Below are positions 10,576 to 19,840 of a stretch of DNA of 64,000 bases, in pieces. The DNA is taken from the NCBI GenBank assembly GCA_030647655.1, contig JAUSJH010000003.1, forward strand, positions 11,013 through 75,012, read 5' to 3'. The stretch comes from a bacterium (GTDB lineage Bacteria; Patescibacteriota; Minisyncoccia; Phycocordibacterales; UBA2100). The stretch's first letter is position 1, and every line of letters starts with the position of its first letter. A program made the position numbers and the translations under genes. Under the pieces are notes generated by a model. The model was not told the DNA's origin and made no database searches. It saw nothing but the letters and a program-made list of their open reading frames with translations.

Positions 10576-10752
10576 ATTTCCGACCTTGACCCCAAACCAT
10601 CCGTTTCCCCAAACCGAAGATTCGTGTGAGGTTGCTATGCTAATGTTTTGCAAAAGACTGCAATAGAGAAATGGGGGTGGGGATAGATGGGAGAGCAGAG
10701 AGGCGGTAGGTGGGGCGGCGGAGGCGGTATACTAATCAACATAGAAATTAAC

Positions 10753-10992
10753 ATGAGACCGGACGACCACCAAGAGAAAATTATCGAGCATCTGGATTTG
10801 CTCAACCGACAGATGGCGTGGCAGAATTCGTTCTGGCGTATGTTGGCAATAGGCATCGTGTACGGCATCGGCTTTTTCGTAGGCTCCGCTATCATCGCGA
10901 CGATTGCGCTCGGTATACTCGGTCCGTGGTTTGCGCAGATTCCGTGGGTTCGCAGTGCCTTTGAGACGGGCATTTCGTTCTTGCCCAGGTAA
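10753..10992 (+). CDS. Small membrane protein, hypothetical.
   Basis: Two predicted TM helices (MLAIGIVYGIGFFVGSAIIATIALGILGPWF). Start taken at the internal ATG (MRPDD). Confidence 0.3.
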   Translation: MRPDDHQEKIIEHLDLLNRQMAWQNSFWRMLAIGIVYGIGFFVGSAIIATIALGILGPWFAQIPWVRSAFETGISFLPR

Positions 10993-10996
10993 CAAC

Positions 10997-11506
10997 ATGG
11001 ACATCCTCTCGCACGGTTTGTATGGCGGAGTGACGTTTGGCCGGAAAAGCCGATGGGATTATTGGACGGCATTCCTCTTTGGCATCGGCCCCGACCTTTT
11101 GGCATTCGGGCCGCTTTTTTTCGTGAGCTTTTTCATTTCCGGTTCCTGGCCGGGGCATGTGGAACCGCCAAGTGCCGGAATGATCCCCGCATACGTCTCC
11201 TCTGTCTACAGCGTCACCCACAGCCTCATCATCTACGCGGTGTTCTTCGCACTTCTCTGGTGGTTGGGGAAGAGGCATTTCGCGCATCTCACCTTGGCCT
11301 GGCCGCTCCATATTTTGGTAGACATACCCACGCACTCCAATGTCTTTTTCCCCACGCCCTTTTTGTGGCCGCTCTCACATTTTTCGGTCAATGGAATGCA
11401 ATGGGGTCAGCCGGTGATATTTATTCCCAACGTCATTCTTCTCCTCTGCCTCTACTTCTACTGGTTCATACATCGCAAGCGTCGCTCCTCTCATTCGCGC
11501 GAATAG
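10997..11506 (+). CDS. Membrane-bound metal-dependent hydrolase-like protein (YdjM/DUF457-like).
   Basis: Starts MDILSHGLYGG. His/Asp-containing polytopic membrane protein of about 170 aa. Family assignment from memory only. Confidence 0.4.
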   Translation: MDILSHGLYGGVTFGRKSRWDYWTAFLFGIGPDLLAFGPLFFVSFFISGSWPGHVEPPSAGMIPAYVSSVYSVTHSLIIYAVFFALLWWLGKRHFAHLTLAWPLHILVDIPTHSNVFFPTPFLWPLSHFSVNGMQWGQPVIFIPNVILLLCLYFYWFIHRKRRSSHSRE

Positions 11507-11698
11507 GCGAATGGTTGGATTCTAAGTAATGCATTCGGTGGAGGGGGTGTGGTAATATCAGTACATGACAGATAAAGTCAAAAAGGGCTCGATGCGATGG
11601 CAGGCGGCGCGGCTACAGCCTGTGCAGAAAAATCGTGGCATCAAGAACGTACGGAAACAGAGGAAGCCCACGCACTGAGGACACGGTAGAATTTTCAT

Positions 11699-11836
11699 AT
11701 GGATGTACTTTCAACGTTTCTGAATACGCTCCTTTCGTTTCTCCTGCAATTCGTCACCCTTATCATCGGCTTCTTCATCTCCATTCTCACGCTTTTCCTC
11801 GATTTCTTCCGTAGCCTCATTGGTCTCGCATCCTAA
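11699..11836 (+). CDS. Possible 45-aa hydrophobic micropeptide (not in the ORF track because it is under 60 aa).
   Basis: ATG...TAA frame encoding MDVLSTFLNTLLSFLLQFVTLIIGFFISILTLFLDFFRSLIGLAS, a single-TM-like peptide. Confidence 0.2.
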   Translation: MDVLSTFLNTLLSFLLQFVTLIIGFFISILTLFLDFFRSLIGLAS

Positions 11837-11844
11837 GGCTGGAT

Positions 11845-12183
11845 ATGTATACTAGTGCCATGAAAGGGGATGAGTTTAATGTGTCGGAGAGGATACTGAT
11901 GTACGCGTTTGTGCATGCCGCTGTGGCGGCGGCATATGTGGCTGGTGTGGCGTATTTTATGGCCAACGCAAAGGATATTGTCGGCCCACAGCCCGGTTAC
12001 ATCGGAATCACGGTCTTCCTGCTCGTTTTCTCGACCTCCGCGGCCATCATGGGCATGCTCGTATTCGGTCGCCCTGTGCTGTGGTTTATGGCGGGCGCAA
12101 AATTGGAAGCCGTTCAGCTCGCTGTCTCCACCGTCGCTTTCTTAGCACTCATCGCATTCGTCATCTTCCTCTTTTTGGTATAG
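11845..12183 (+). CDS. Small polytopic membrane protein, hypothetical.
   Basis: Three hydrophobic helices; ATG start. Confidence 0.4.
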   Translation: MYTSAMKGDEFNVSERILMYAFVHAAVAAAYVAGVAYFMANAKDIVGPQPGYIGITVFLLVFSTSAAIMGMLVFGRPVLWFMAGAKLEAVQLAVSTVAFLALIAFVIFLFLV

Positions 12184-12211
12184 CACGTCATCGGCTGTAG
12201 TACTTTCTTGT

Positions 12212-12757
12212 ATGGCGCTCTCGATTGCGATCGTTTTTCTCGCCCTGCAGGCCGCTGTGCTTTTTGCAATGGGTCAGCCGCCGATATCGACGAGCGGAGA
12301 GGTACACCTTTGGTGGGGGACTGTTTTAAGCTCCGGTAATTCACAACACCTCACCGATTGGTACACCTTTTCGCATATCATTCACGGTTTTCTTTTCTAT
12401 CTCGGGCTCTGGTATTTTTTCCCGCGAATGTCTGTATGGACACGATTCCTCATAGCCCTCGGCATCGAGATTGCGTGGGAACTCATCGAGAATACTCCTA
12501 TGGTAATACAGCACTACCGGGAGCAGGCGCTCGCACAGGGCTACACGGGCGACAGCATTATCAACTCGGTGAGTGACACGCTCGCAATGGTTATAGGTTT
12601 TGTAATGGCACGGCGCCTCCCCGTATGGACCATTGTCGTCATAGGGCTCGGGCTCGAGCTTTTCGTCGGCTTCATGATCCGTGACAATCTCACCCTCAAT
12701 ATCCTCAATCTTATCCACCAGTTCCCGGCTATCTCTGCGTGGCAGGCAGGTGGATAA
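12212..12757 (+). CDS. Polytopic membrane protein, hypothetical (DUF-type).
   Basis: Four to five TM helices, conserved-looking WELIEN motif. Confidence 0.4.
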   Translation: MALSIAIVFLALQAAVLFAMGQPPISTSGEVHLWWGTVLSSGNSQHLTDWYTFSHIIHGFLFYLGLWYFFPRMSVWTRFLIALGIEIAWELIENTPMVIQHYREQALAQGYTGDSIINSVSDTLAMVIGFVMARRLPVWTIVVIGLGLELFVGFMIRDNLTLNILNLIHQFPAISAWQAGG

Positions 12758-12796
12758 CTTTGTTGCGTCTGCAAAGCGGAAGTTCAGAATAGAGCT

Positions 12797-12967
12797 ATGG
12801 CAAAGAACGCGAAAAAGGGACACGGTCGCAAAGGGGAAGTGAGCAAGCGTTCGCAGGTCTTGAGCGGGCGCAACAAACGCTGGACCAAAGTTGATACCAA
12901 GACCGGCCGCTTCATGGACCAAATGGCGAAGAAGGGCCGCGCGTTTAAAAGTGTGCGGATGAAGTAA
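12797..12967 (+). CDS. Possible 56-aa highly basic small protein.
   Basis: ATG...TAA frame MAKNAKKGHGRKGEVSKRSQVLSGRNKRWTKVDTKTGRFMDQMAKKGRAFKSVRMK. Lys/Arg-rich, resembling nucleic-acid-binding or ribosomal-like small proteins. Not in the ORF track (under 60 aa). Confidence 0.3.
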   Translation: MAKNAKKGHGRKGEVSKRSQVLSGRNKRWTKVDTKTGRFMDQMAKKGRAFKSVRMK

Positions 12968-12997
12968 GTTATTAATTTTATTAGTTCATCATTTCGT

Positions 12998-13258
12998 ATG
13001 AAAGCGAATCCAAAGAAAGTGGGACTTGTCTTGGGAACGATGTTGGGCGGCGTCCATGTTCTGTGGTCTCTTTTGGTCTTTCTCGGCTGGGCGCAGCCAC
13101 TCGTCAATTTCTCGTTGTGGGCACACATGGTTCAGGCCGCTTCGGTCATCGGCCCGTTTGATATCACGGCCGCCGTGACAGTCGTTATCGTCGCGTGTCT
13201 CGTGGGTTATGCGATAGGGTATGCTGCAGGAACGGTGTGGAACAAAGTCCACGAGTAG
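12998..13258 (+). CDS. Small membrane protein, hypothetical.
   Basis: Two TM helices, ATG start. Confidence 0.35.
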   Translation: MKANPKKVGLVLGTMLGGVHVLWSLLVFLGWAQPLVNFSLWAHMVQAASVIGPFDITAAVTVVIVACLVGYAIGYAAGTVWNKVHE

Positions 13259-13299
13259 CGCGTCAGCCAAGAGAGGGGTACGTATGATATTGTGGAGGC

Positions 13300-14370
13300 A
13301 TGTTGCATCCGCCCTTCTACGATCCCGCCAAGACCTACTACGAAAATTGGGAGAAAGGGCCATTCAACGGTTTTGCGGACGGGGTGGTCCTGCCCGCGAG
13401 TAAGGCCCATTTTGATTTTCTAGGGGCAAAACTTTCATATCCGCTCGGCATCCCCGCAGGCCCGCTCTTGAACGCAAAATTCGTAAAAGCTTCGCTCGAC
13501 AAAGGCTTTGATGTGCCAGTGCAAAAAACAGTGCGTAGTCGTGTGCGCGAATCCAACCAATGGCCCAACGTGCTTGGGGCCGATATAGCAGGCGACTTGA
13601 CGCTCGAAATGGCGCAGAAGCCTATTGTGGTGCGCAATGAGTACAAAGAACCACTCTCTATCACAAATTCATTTGGCAATCCATCGTATGAACCTGCAGT
13701 TTGGCAGAAAGATCTGCGTGATTGCGTTTCTTATACGAAGTCGGGGCAGCTCGTCATTTGTAGTTTCGAGGGCACTAAGTGGGAAGGATTTTCAACCGAG
13801 GACTATGTCAATGACTGGGTGCAAGGCGCGCAAATGATCAAGGATGCAGGAGTGAAGGTGGTGGAGACAAATTTCTCGTGCCCCAACGAGGGCGCGGCAT
13901 CGCTCCTGTGTTTCGATGTGCCCAAAGTAAAGCTCATCACCTCGGCTATCAAAGAAAGAATTGGCGACACGAAACTCATTATTAAAATTGCGTACTTCGG
14001 AAAAGAGGAATTGCGTGAATTAGTGCAAGAAGTAGGGAATATAGTAGATGGCTTTGCCGCTATCAATACCATACCGGCGCCCGTCGTGAATCCTGACGGA
14101 ACGCAAGCGCTTCCGGGGGCTCACAGAGTGAGGAGCGGTATCTGCGGACATGCGGTCAAATGGGCAGGGCTTGATATGGTGCGCCGCCTCAAGGGTTTGC
14201 GACAAGAATTCGCTATGGAGTACGCGATTATCGGGAGCGGGGGCGTGACTGTGCCCAAGGATTTCAAAGAATATCGCGACGCGGGAGCTGATGTCGTCAT
14301 GACAGCGACCGGCGCCATGTGGAATCCGTACCTCGCCAAAGAAATTAAAGAGGCGTACCCAGATGCCTAA
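13300..14370 (+). CDS. Dihydroorotate dehydrogenase family (class-1 DHOD / dihydropyrimidine dehydrogenase-like FMN TIM-barrel) protein.
   Basis: Motifs GIPAGPLLNAKF...VPVQKTVRSRVRESNQWPNV, NFSCPNEG and IIGSGGV match the DHOD family. About 30-aa N-terminal extension. Confidence 0.65.
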   Translation: MLHPPFYDPAKTYYENWEKGPFNGFADGVVLPASKAHFDFLGAKLSYPLGIPAGPLLNAKFVKASLDKGFDVPVQKTVRSRVRESNQWPNVLGADIAGDLTLEMAQKPIVVRNEYKEPLSITNSFGNPSYEPAVWQKDLRDCVSYTKSGQLVICSFEGTKWEGFSTEDYVNDWVQGAQMIKDAGVKVVETNFSCPNEGAASLLCFDVPKVKLITSAIKERIGDTKLIIKIAYFGKEELRELVQEVGNIVDGFAAINTIPAPVVNPDGTQALPGAHRVRSGICGHAVKWAGLDMVRRLKGLRQEFAMEYAIIGSGGVTVPKDFKEYRDAGADVVMTATGAMWNPYLAKEIKEAYPDA

Positions 14371-15349
14371 TGATATCAAAGTTCGGGTAGAAAAAGCAAT
14401 CGCGGAGAAAGTGTTTCCGGGATGTGTCCTTGGGATTGTCAGAAAGAACGGTGAGCGAGAGATATTCCCATTCGGGCGCTTTACGTATGAACCAAATTCG
14501 CCAGCCGTGCGCGAGGATACGATATACGACATGGCATCGGTTACGAAATCAATTCCTGTCGCGTCGCTTGCGCTCACTTTGATTGGAGAAGGGAGGATGC
14601 GCGCTACGGACACGGTAGTGAAATATCTGCCGGAGTTGAAGAATGATTATGGGGCCACAGTTGAAGACTTGTTGACCTACCGTGTCAAAGGAACCCGACT
14701 CTCGACACTGCACGACAAAACTCCCGATGAGGTCCTGAACATTGTTTTCAAAAACGGATTCGATGGTCCGCCGGAGAAGCCCGAATATACAAATCTTCCG
14801 GCATTTTTACTCGGGCTTGTTGTCGAACGATGGTTCGACGATTCTCTCGTAAACATCGCCGAAGGTTATTTTTTTATGCCGTTGCGAATGATGGACACGA
14901 ATTTCTTCCCGCCGGACATTTCGCGGATTGTTCCCACAGAAGTTGTCGATGGTGTGGAAATTCGAGGTATTGTCCACGACGAAAGCGCGCGCGTCTTCGC
15001 GCGCGCACATCGAGCCGTCGGCCACGCGGGATTATTCTCGACCGCACCTGACATTCTTAATTTTCTAGAGAGCTTGTTGCAGGGGAAATATCAGAATATT
15101 GTCGAGGGGGCACGGCGGGGTTTGGGCTGGCAGTTAAACCAGCAATGGTTTATGGGAAAACACTCGGGAGAACATACATTCGGCAAAACAGGATTCACGG
15201 GCACGTCGGTTGTGTGTGATATCGAGCGTGGTATCGCGTTCGTCATCCTCTCGAATCGCACATACCCGAAGCGTCCGCCCGATGCTGCCTCGATACCTTC
15301 CGCCATCAATCCGTTTCGTGCGGATATTGCGGACATTCTCATGCATTAA
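14363..15349 (+). CDS. Serine hydrolase of the beta-lactamase / penicillin-binding fold.
   Basis: SxxK active-site motif (ASVTKS). Typical class C beta-lactamase-like length. Overlaps the upstream gene by 8 nt (operon). Confidence 0.65.
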   Translation: MPNDIKVRVEKAIAEKVFPGCVLGIVRKNGEREIFPFGRFTYEPNSPAVREDTIYDMASVTKSIPVASLALTLIGEGRMRATDTVVKYLPELKNDYGATVEDLLTYRVKGTRLSTLHDKTPDEVLNIVFKNGFDGPPEKPEYTNLPAFLLGLVVERWFDDSLVNIAEGYFFMPLRMMDTNFFPPDISRIVPTEVVDGVEIRGIVHDESARVFARAHRAVGHAGLFSTAPDILNFLESLLQGKYQNIVEGARRGLGWQLNQQWFMGKHSGEHTFGKTGFTGTSVVCDIERGIAFVILSNRTYPKRPPDAASIPSAINPFRADIADILMH

Positions 15350-15381
15350 TTCTTTTAAGCAAACGTGCTAGAGTGCAGTAT

Positions 15382-17208
15382 ATGTGCGGTATTTTTGCCT
15401 ATACGGGGAAGAAGGGAAAGGACGCAGGCGGGGTACTTTTGGACGGTTTATTGAGTCTTGAATATCGAGGCTACGACTCTGCCGGTATCTACACACCTGA
15501 AAGCGGGAGTGTACGGACGCCGGGGGCCGTGGCAGAACTTCGCAAGAAAATACCAAAGGGTTTTAAGGGAAAAAGCGGCATCGCACATTTACGCTGGGCG
15601 ACCCACGGCGAGCCGACGGAGAAAAATGCGCATCCACACTCGGATTGCGAAGGCGAGGTCTGGGTCGTGCACAACGGCATAATCGAGAATTTCAAGGAGT
15701 TGAAGGAAAAACTAATAAAAAAAGGACATACATTTACATCCGATTCCGACACTGAAGTTTTGGCGCACCTTGTCGAGGAACATCTAAAAAAGGAGAAGAG
15801 TTTCGAGAAAGCGGCACTCGCGGCTTTGAATGAAGTGAATGGCACGTATGGCATCGCGCTTCAATACAAGAAAGAACCAGACCGCATTATCGCGGCGCGC
15901 ATGGGCTCTCCCATAGTCTTGGGGCTTGGCGATGGTGAGCATTTCATCGCATCGGACCCGTCACCAATCCTTCCGCACACAAAAAAAGTCGTCTTTCTCG
16001 AAGACGGAGAAGTGGCCGTCATTTCACCTGATGGGCACAGGATATTCAAATTAGATTCGACAAAGGTGAAGCGTGATGCCACCAATATTGATTGGAGTGC
16101 GGAAGCGACCCAAAAGGGAGGGCATGAACATTTTATGCTCAAAGAAATTATGGAAGGGCCGGAGGTGATAGAAAATACGCTTCGCGGGAGGCTCATTATT
16201 GAAAAGGGACTTGCGAAGCTCGGCGGGCTCGAGAGCGTCGCAAAGCAGCTTGAAAAAATAGAGCGCGTCATCGTCGTCGCCTGCGGAACGGCTTACTATG
16301 CGGGCCTCGTAGGGGAGTACATGCTCGAGGAGTACGCGGGAATTCCCGTCGAAGTCGAACTGGGTTCGGAGTTCCGCTATCGCAAATCGGTCATTAATGA
16401 GAAGACGGTCGTCCTCGGTATTTCGCAATCAGGCGAGACGGCTGATACGCTTGAGGCCCTGCGCGAGGGGAAGCGACGCGGAGCACTCACCCTTGGCATC
16501 GTGAACACAGTAGGCTCCACGATTGCGCGCGAGACGGATGCGGGCGTCTACAATCACGCGGGGCCGGAAATAAGCGTGGCTTCTACCAAGGCATTCCTGT
16601 CGCAATTGACGGCGCTCGCGCTTTTCACGATGTTCTTCGGACGCCAGCGCGGAATGTCTGAGGCGACGGGACGGGAAATCGCGAAGGCGCTCAAAGAGCT
16701 TCCGGAGAAATTGCAGCAGATATTGGATACAAAGGAATCGATACAAAAACTTGCAAAGAAGTATTCAAAGGCACGCGATTTTCTCTACATCGGGCGTAAA
16801 TACAATTATCCAATCGCGTATGAGGGTGCCATCAAGCTCAAGGAAATTTCGTATGTACACGCCGAAGGCTGCGGAGCAGGCGAGATGAAGCACGGACCTA
16901 TTGCCATGATAGATGAGAATTTCCCGACGATGGCTATCGCGCCGAAAGACAGCATGTACGAGAAAATGGTGTCCAATATTCACGAGATAAAGGCGCGCAA
17001 AGGGCCCGTTATCGCTATTGCGACGAAGGGTGACAAGGAGATAGCGAAGCTCGCCGACGACGTACTCTATGTGCCGGAAACGCTTGAAATGCTCTCGCCG
17101 ATATTGAACGTCGTACCGCTACAACTTTTCGCCTACTATTTCGCAAAAGAAAAAGGTCTCAACGTCGACCGCCCGCGCAATTTGGCGAAGTCAGTTACTG
17201 TTGAATAA
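15382..17208 (+). CDS. glmS: Glutamine--fructose-6-phosphate aminotransferase (isomerising) GlmS.
   Basis: N-terminal MCGIFAY (Cys2 nucleophile) and two SIS domains (GISQSGETADT...). Length about 608 aa. ATG at 15382 preferred over the upstream GTG. Confidence 0.95.
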   Translation: MCGIFAYTGKKGKDAGGVLLDGLLSLEYRGYDSAGIYTPESGSVRTPGAVAELRKKIPKGFKGKSGIAHLRWATHGEPTEKNAHPHSDCEGEVWVVHNGIIENFKELKEKLIKKGHTFTSDSDTEVLAHLVEEHLKKEKSFEKAALAALNEVNGTYGIALQYKKEPDRIIAARMGSPIVLGLGDGEHFIASDPSPILPHTKKVVFLEDGEVAVISPDGHRIFKLDSTKVKRDATNIDWSAEATQKGGHEHFMLKEIMEGPEVIENTLRGRLIIEKGLAKLGGLESVAKQLEKIERVIVVACGTAYYAGLVGEYMLEEYAGIPVEVELGSEFRYRKSVINEKTVVLGISQSGETADTLEALREGKRRGALTLGIVNTVGSTIARETDAGVYNHAGPEISVASTKAFLSQLTALALFTMFFGRQRGMSEATGREIAKALKELPEKLQQILDTKESIQKLAKKYSKARDFLYIGRKYNYPIAYEGAIKLKEISYVHAEGCGAGEMKHGPIAMIDENFPTMAIAPKDSMYEKMVSNIHEIKARKGPVIAIATKGDKEIAKLADDVLYVPETLEMLSPILNVVPLQLFAYYFAKEKGLNVDRPRNLAKSVTVE

Positions 17209-17265
17209 AGCAAAACGAGCTCCTTGTTCGGGGTCCGTTTCTTTTGCTTTTGCTCGCGGCAAACA

Positions 17266-17745
17266 TCAGCATTCGCCGCGTATCCGTCCGGCCACGTGAC
17301 GGAGCCCTTCGAGATAGCTCTCGATGCCTCGCCCTGAGATTTGCCGGATGCATGCCGGAGCTATGACCGATTTCCTGCGCCACAGTTCGCGGTATCGAAT
17401 ATCAGAGAGATGGACTTCGACGACAGGCGGTCGTATCGACTTAACGGCGTCGTGGAGAGCGTAGCTGTAGTGCGTGAACGCTCCCGGGTTGAACACTACC
17501 CCGTCCTCCTCCTTGTGGGCTCGGTGAAGCCGGTCGATTAAGGCTCCTTCGTGGTTTGACTGAAAGTCGACAACGTCCACTCCGAGGTCGTTACCAAGCG
17601 AACGCAGGCGCCTGTTGATCTGGAAAAGCGTAATCTTCCCATAAACCCCGAGCTCGCGTATCCCGAGCATGTTCAGGTTTGCGCCGTGAAGCACAAGGAC
17701 TCGCACCAAACGGGATGCCGAGTCCGCAGCTGTTGCCAATGTCAT
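17266..17745 (-). CDS. aroQ: 3-dehydroquinate dehydratase, type II.
   Basis: VLVLHGANLNMLGIRE...YG, NPGAFTHYSYALHDA and EVHLSDI motifs. Confidence 0.85.
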   Translation of the reverse strand: MTLATAADSASRLVRVLVLHGANLNMLGIRELGVYGKITLFQINRRLRSLGNDLGVDVVDFQSNHEGALIDRLHRAHKEEDGVVFNPGAFTHYSYALHDAVKSIRPPVVEVHLSDIRYRELWRRKSVIAPACIRQISGRGIESYLEGLRHVAGRIRGEC

Positions 17746-17823
17746 GAACTATCTCCCGTTTGAACTCGTTCATCCCGCGTTTGCGGAAAGGAACGTTGCC
17801 GAAATGTATTCTTTAACGAGTAC

Positions 17824-18498
17824 TTAGTCAACAACTTCGGATTCACCCCTTACATCAAATTTTTCTACCAACCGACATACGTCATCCATCGTGTCAGCAT
17901 ACGCGTCCGCACCCGTTTGTTCATAACCGGGTAGAAGATTGCCGCGGAAGCCGATTACATATGTTTCGGCGGATTTGCCGGACATGATGCCGGGATTCGA
18001 ATCCTCGAGCACCACCGAGCGGCGTGGGTTTGCGCCTAATTGCTTAAACGCTGCAAGATACCCATCGGGAGCAGGTTTTGATTTTAGGTCTGGGTTGTCG
18101 TTGATGGAGACGATATGTTCAATCTGGTCGGCGAATGGAAGACGTGCCAAGACATAATTTATCCATGTACGCGGTGAGGATGAAACAAGTCCGAGCCGGA
18201 AATCTAGTGTGAGAACTTTCTCAACAAGACGATCAACACCAGGGGTAATCATCGCTCTTGCAAACACGGTCCGTGCTCCCTCGTCGTATCGCTGTCGGTA
18301 CTCATCGTAATCCGCATCAGCGCCGAGTGCCGTAGCTTTTTCGTATATAGCATTGATGCTTACACCGACGGTATCACCGATTTTCTCAGCCACATTTCTT
18401 CCGAATGAAGCGACGAGAATACCTTTTTCGTGCCCATCCCATGCGCGTTCGGTATCGATCAAGACACCGTCCATGTCGAAAATGAACGCTTTGTTCAT
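17824..18498 (-). CDS. HAD-superfamily hydrolase (beta-phosphoglucomutase-like subfamily IA).
   Basis: MNKAFIFDMDGVLIDTE (DxDG motif I) plus downstream HAD motifs. The long N-terminal extension of the track ORF is rejected because it would overlap the upstream small gene. Confidence 0.75.
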   Translation of the reverse strand: MNKAFIFDMDGVLIDTERAWDGHEKGILVASFGRNVAEKIGDTVGVSINAIYEKATALGADADYDEYRQRYDEGARTVFARAMITPGVDRLVEKVLTLDFRLGLVSSSPRTWINYVLARLPFADQIEHIVSINDNPDLKSKPAPDGYLAAFKQLGANPRRSVVLEDSNPGIMSGKSAETYVIGFRGNLLPGYEQTGADAYADTMDDVCRLVEKFDVRGESEVVD

Positions 18499-18752
18499 TT
18501 TCGAACTCGCCGCATCCACGCTTTTTTGAAATACGGCATTGTGAGTGTCGAGAGTGTGAAGGCGAGCGTGGGGACGACTGCCGCAAGCCATGGCCGCTCG
18601 ACCTTGATCACATAGAGGAATACCCCTATTGCACCATACGTGAACATAGCGATAAGAATTCTTCTCATCCAACTCATTTCCCACGATTTGTCCAACTCAA
18701 CGTTCGCATTTCGTTCTTCTATTCTTTGCACGCGCTGTTCCAAGGACTCCAT
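18495..18752 (-). CDS. Small two-TM membrane protein, hypothetical.
   Basis: ORF with two hydrophobic helices. Its stop overlaps the HAD start by 4 nt (ATGA-type coupling). Confidence 0.35.
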   Translation of the reverse strand: MESLEQRVQRIEERNANVELDKSWEMSWMRRILIAMFTYGAIGVFLYVIKVERPWLAAVVPTLAFTLSTLTMPYFKKAWMRRVRK

Positions 18753-18764
18753 ACACACATAGTA

Positions 18765-19817
18765 CTAGATCTTTACAATCTTCTCCCACGGGCGGCCAGC
18801 AACGCCGAAGTGGCCGTAGGTAGCCGTCTCGCGATAAATGGGACGGCGTAGGTCGAGGCGCTTAATAATCGCTTGCGGGCGGAAATCAAAGTTCTTGGTG
18901 ACGATATGCGTCAGGTTCTTTCCTTTGCCGTCGAACGCTTCAATCATAACGGGCTCGGCGCGGCCGATGGCGTATGCGACGGATACCAAGGCTTTTTTGG
19001 CGTAGCCATTGGCGACCAAGTTCTTGGCGACGAAACGACACATGTATGCAGCCGAGCGGTCCACCTTCATCGGCTCTTTTCCGGAGAAGCAACCGCCGCC
19101 ATGGGGCATGAGACCTCCATAGGTATCGACTTGGATTTTGCGCCCCGTGAGCCCCGCGTCGGCCTCAAAGCCGCCTTGTACAAATCGTCCTGTCGGGTTG
19201 ACGAGTATCTCAACATCTTTTACCGAGCCCAAGACCGGTGTGAATAAATGTTTTATGAGTTGCTTCCGTATTTCTTCCTGCGAAACTTTCTTGTCGTGTT
19301 GCGTGGAGCAGAGCGCCGTGATGACTTTTCCTTTCGCAATTGTTATCTGCGTCTTACCGTCGGGCTTGAGCCATTTAAGCGTCCCGTCGCGGCGCAGTTT
19401 TTCAAGCCGACGAGCGAGTGCGTGCGCCAAGACGACGCCGAGTGGAAGCATCTCTTTCGTCTCGTTCGTCGCATAGCCGTACATAATGCCCTGATCGCCC
19501 GCGCCGCCCGTATCCACTCCCATCGCGATATCGGGGGATTGCTGGGCGACACGAACGATGACCTCTAGATTGTCCTTGTAACCAATTTCTTTGTAAACCT
19601 TACGCGCGATTTTCTCAAAATTCACCTTGGCTTTCGTGCGCACCTCGCCACCTATCATGAGCGTGCCGTGACTGCCAAAAACCTCAACTCCGGCCCGACT
19701 AAAAGGGTCCTGCTCGAGCATTGCGTCGAGAATTGCGTCAGATATCTGGTCGCACGTTTTGTCTGGATGTCCGCACGTAACGCTCTCCACCGTGTATCTT
19801 TCTAAAAGATGAAACAT
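18765..19817 (-). CDS. metK: S-adenosylmethionine synthetase.
   Basis: GGGCFSGKEPMKVDRSAAY, GHPDK and DTYGG motifs; ATG start. Confidence 0.95.
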   Translation of the reverse strand: MFHLLERYTVESVTCGHPDKTCDQISDAILDAMLEQDPFSRAGVEVFGSHGTLMIGGEVRTKAKVNFEKIARKVYKEIGYKDNLEVIVRVAQQSPDIAMGVDTGGAGDQGIMYGYATNETKEMLPLGVVLAHALARRLEKLRRDGTLKWLKPDGKTQITIAKGKVITALCSTQHDKKVSQEEIRKQLIKHLFTPVLGSVKDVEILVNPTGRFVQGGFEADAGLTGRKIQVDTYGGLMPHGGGCFSGKEPMKVDRSAAYMCRFVAKNLVANGYAKKALVSVAYAIGRAEPVMIEAFDGKGKNLTHIVTKNFDFRPQAIIKRLDLRRPIYRETATYGHFGVAGRPWEKIVKI

Positions 19818-19840
19818 ATATTATTTCTATAAAACCAGTA

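Noticed and set aside
17824-18684. Long 286-aa version of the HAD hydrolase ORF with a 62-aa N-terminal extension.
   Set aside because: The conserved HAD N-terminus (MNKAFIFDMDG) begins at 18498. The extension would overlap the upstream small membrane gene (18495-18752), which ends in an ATGA-type coupled stop/start.
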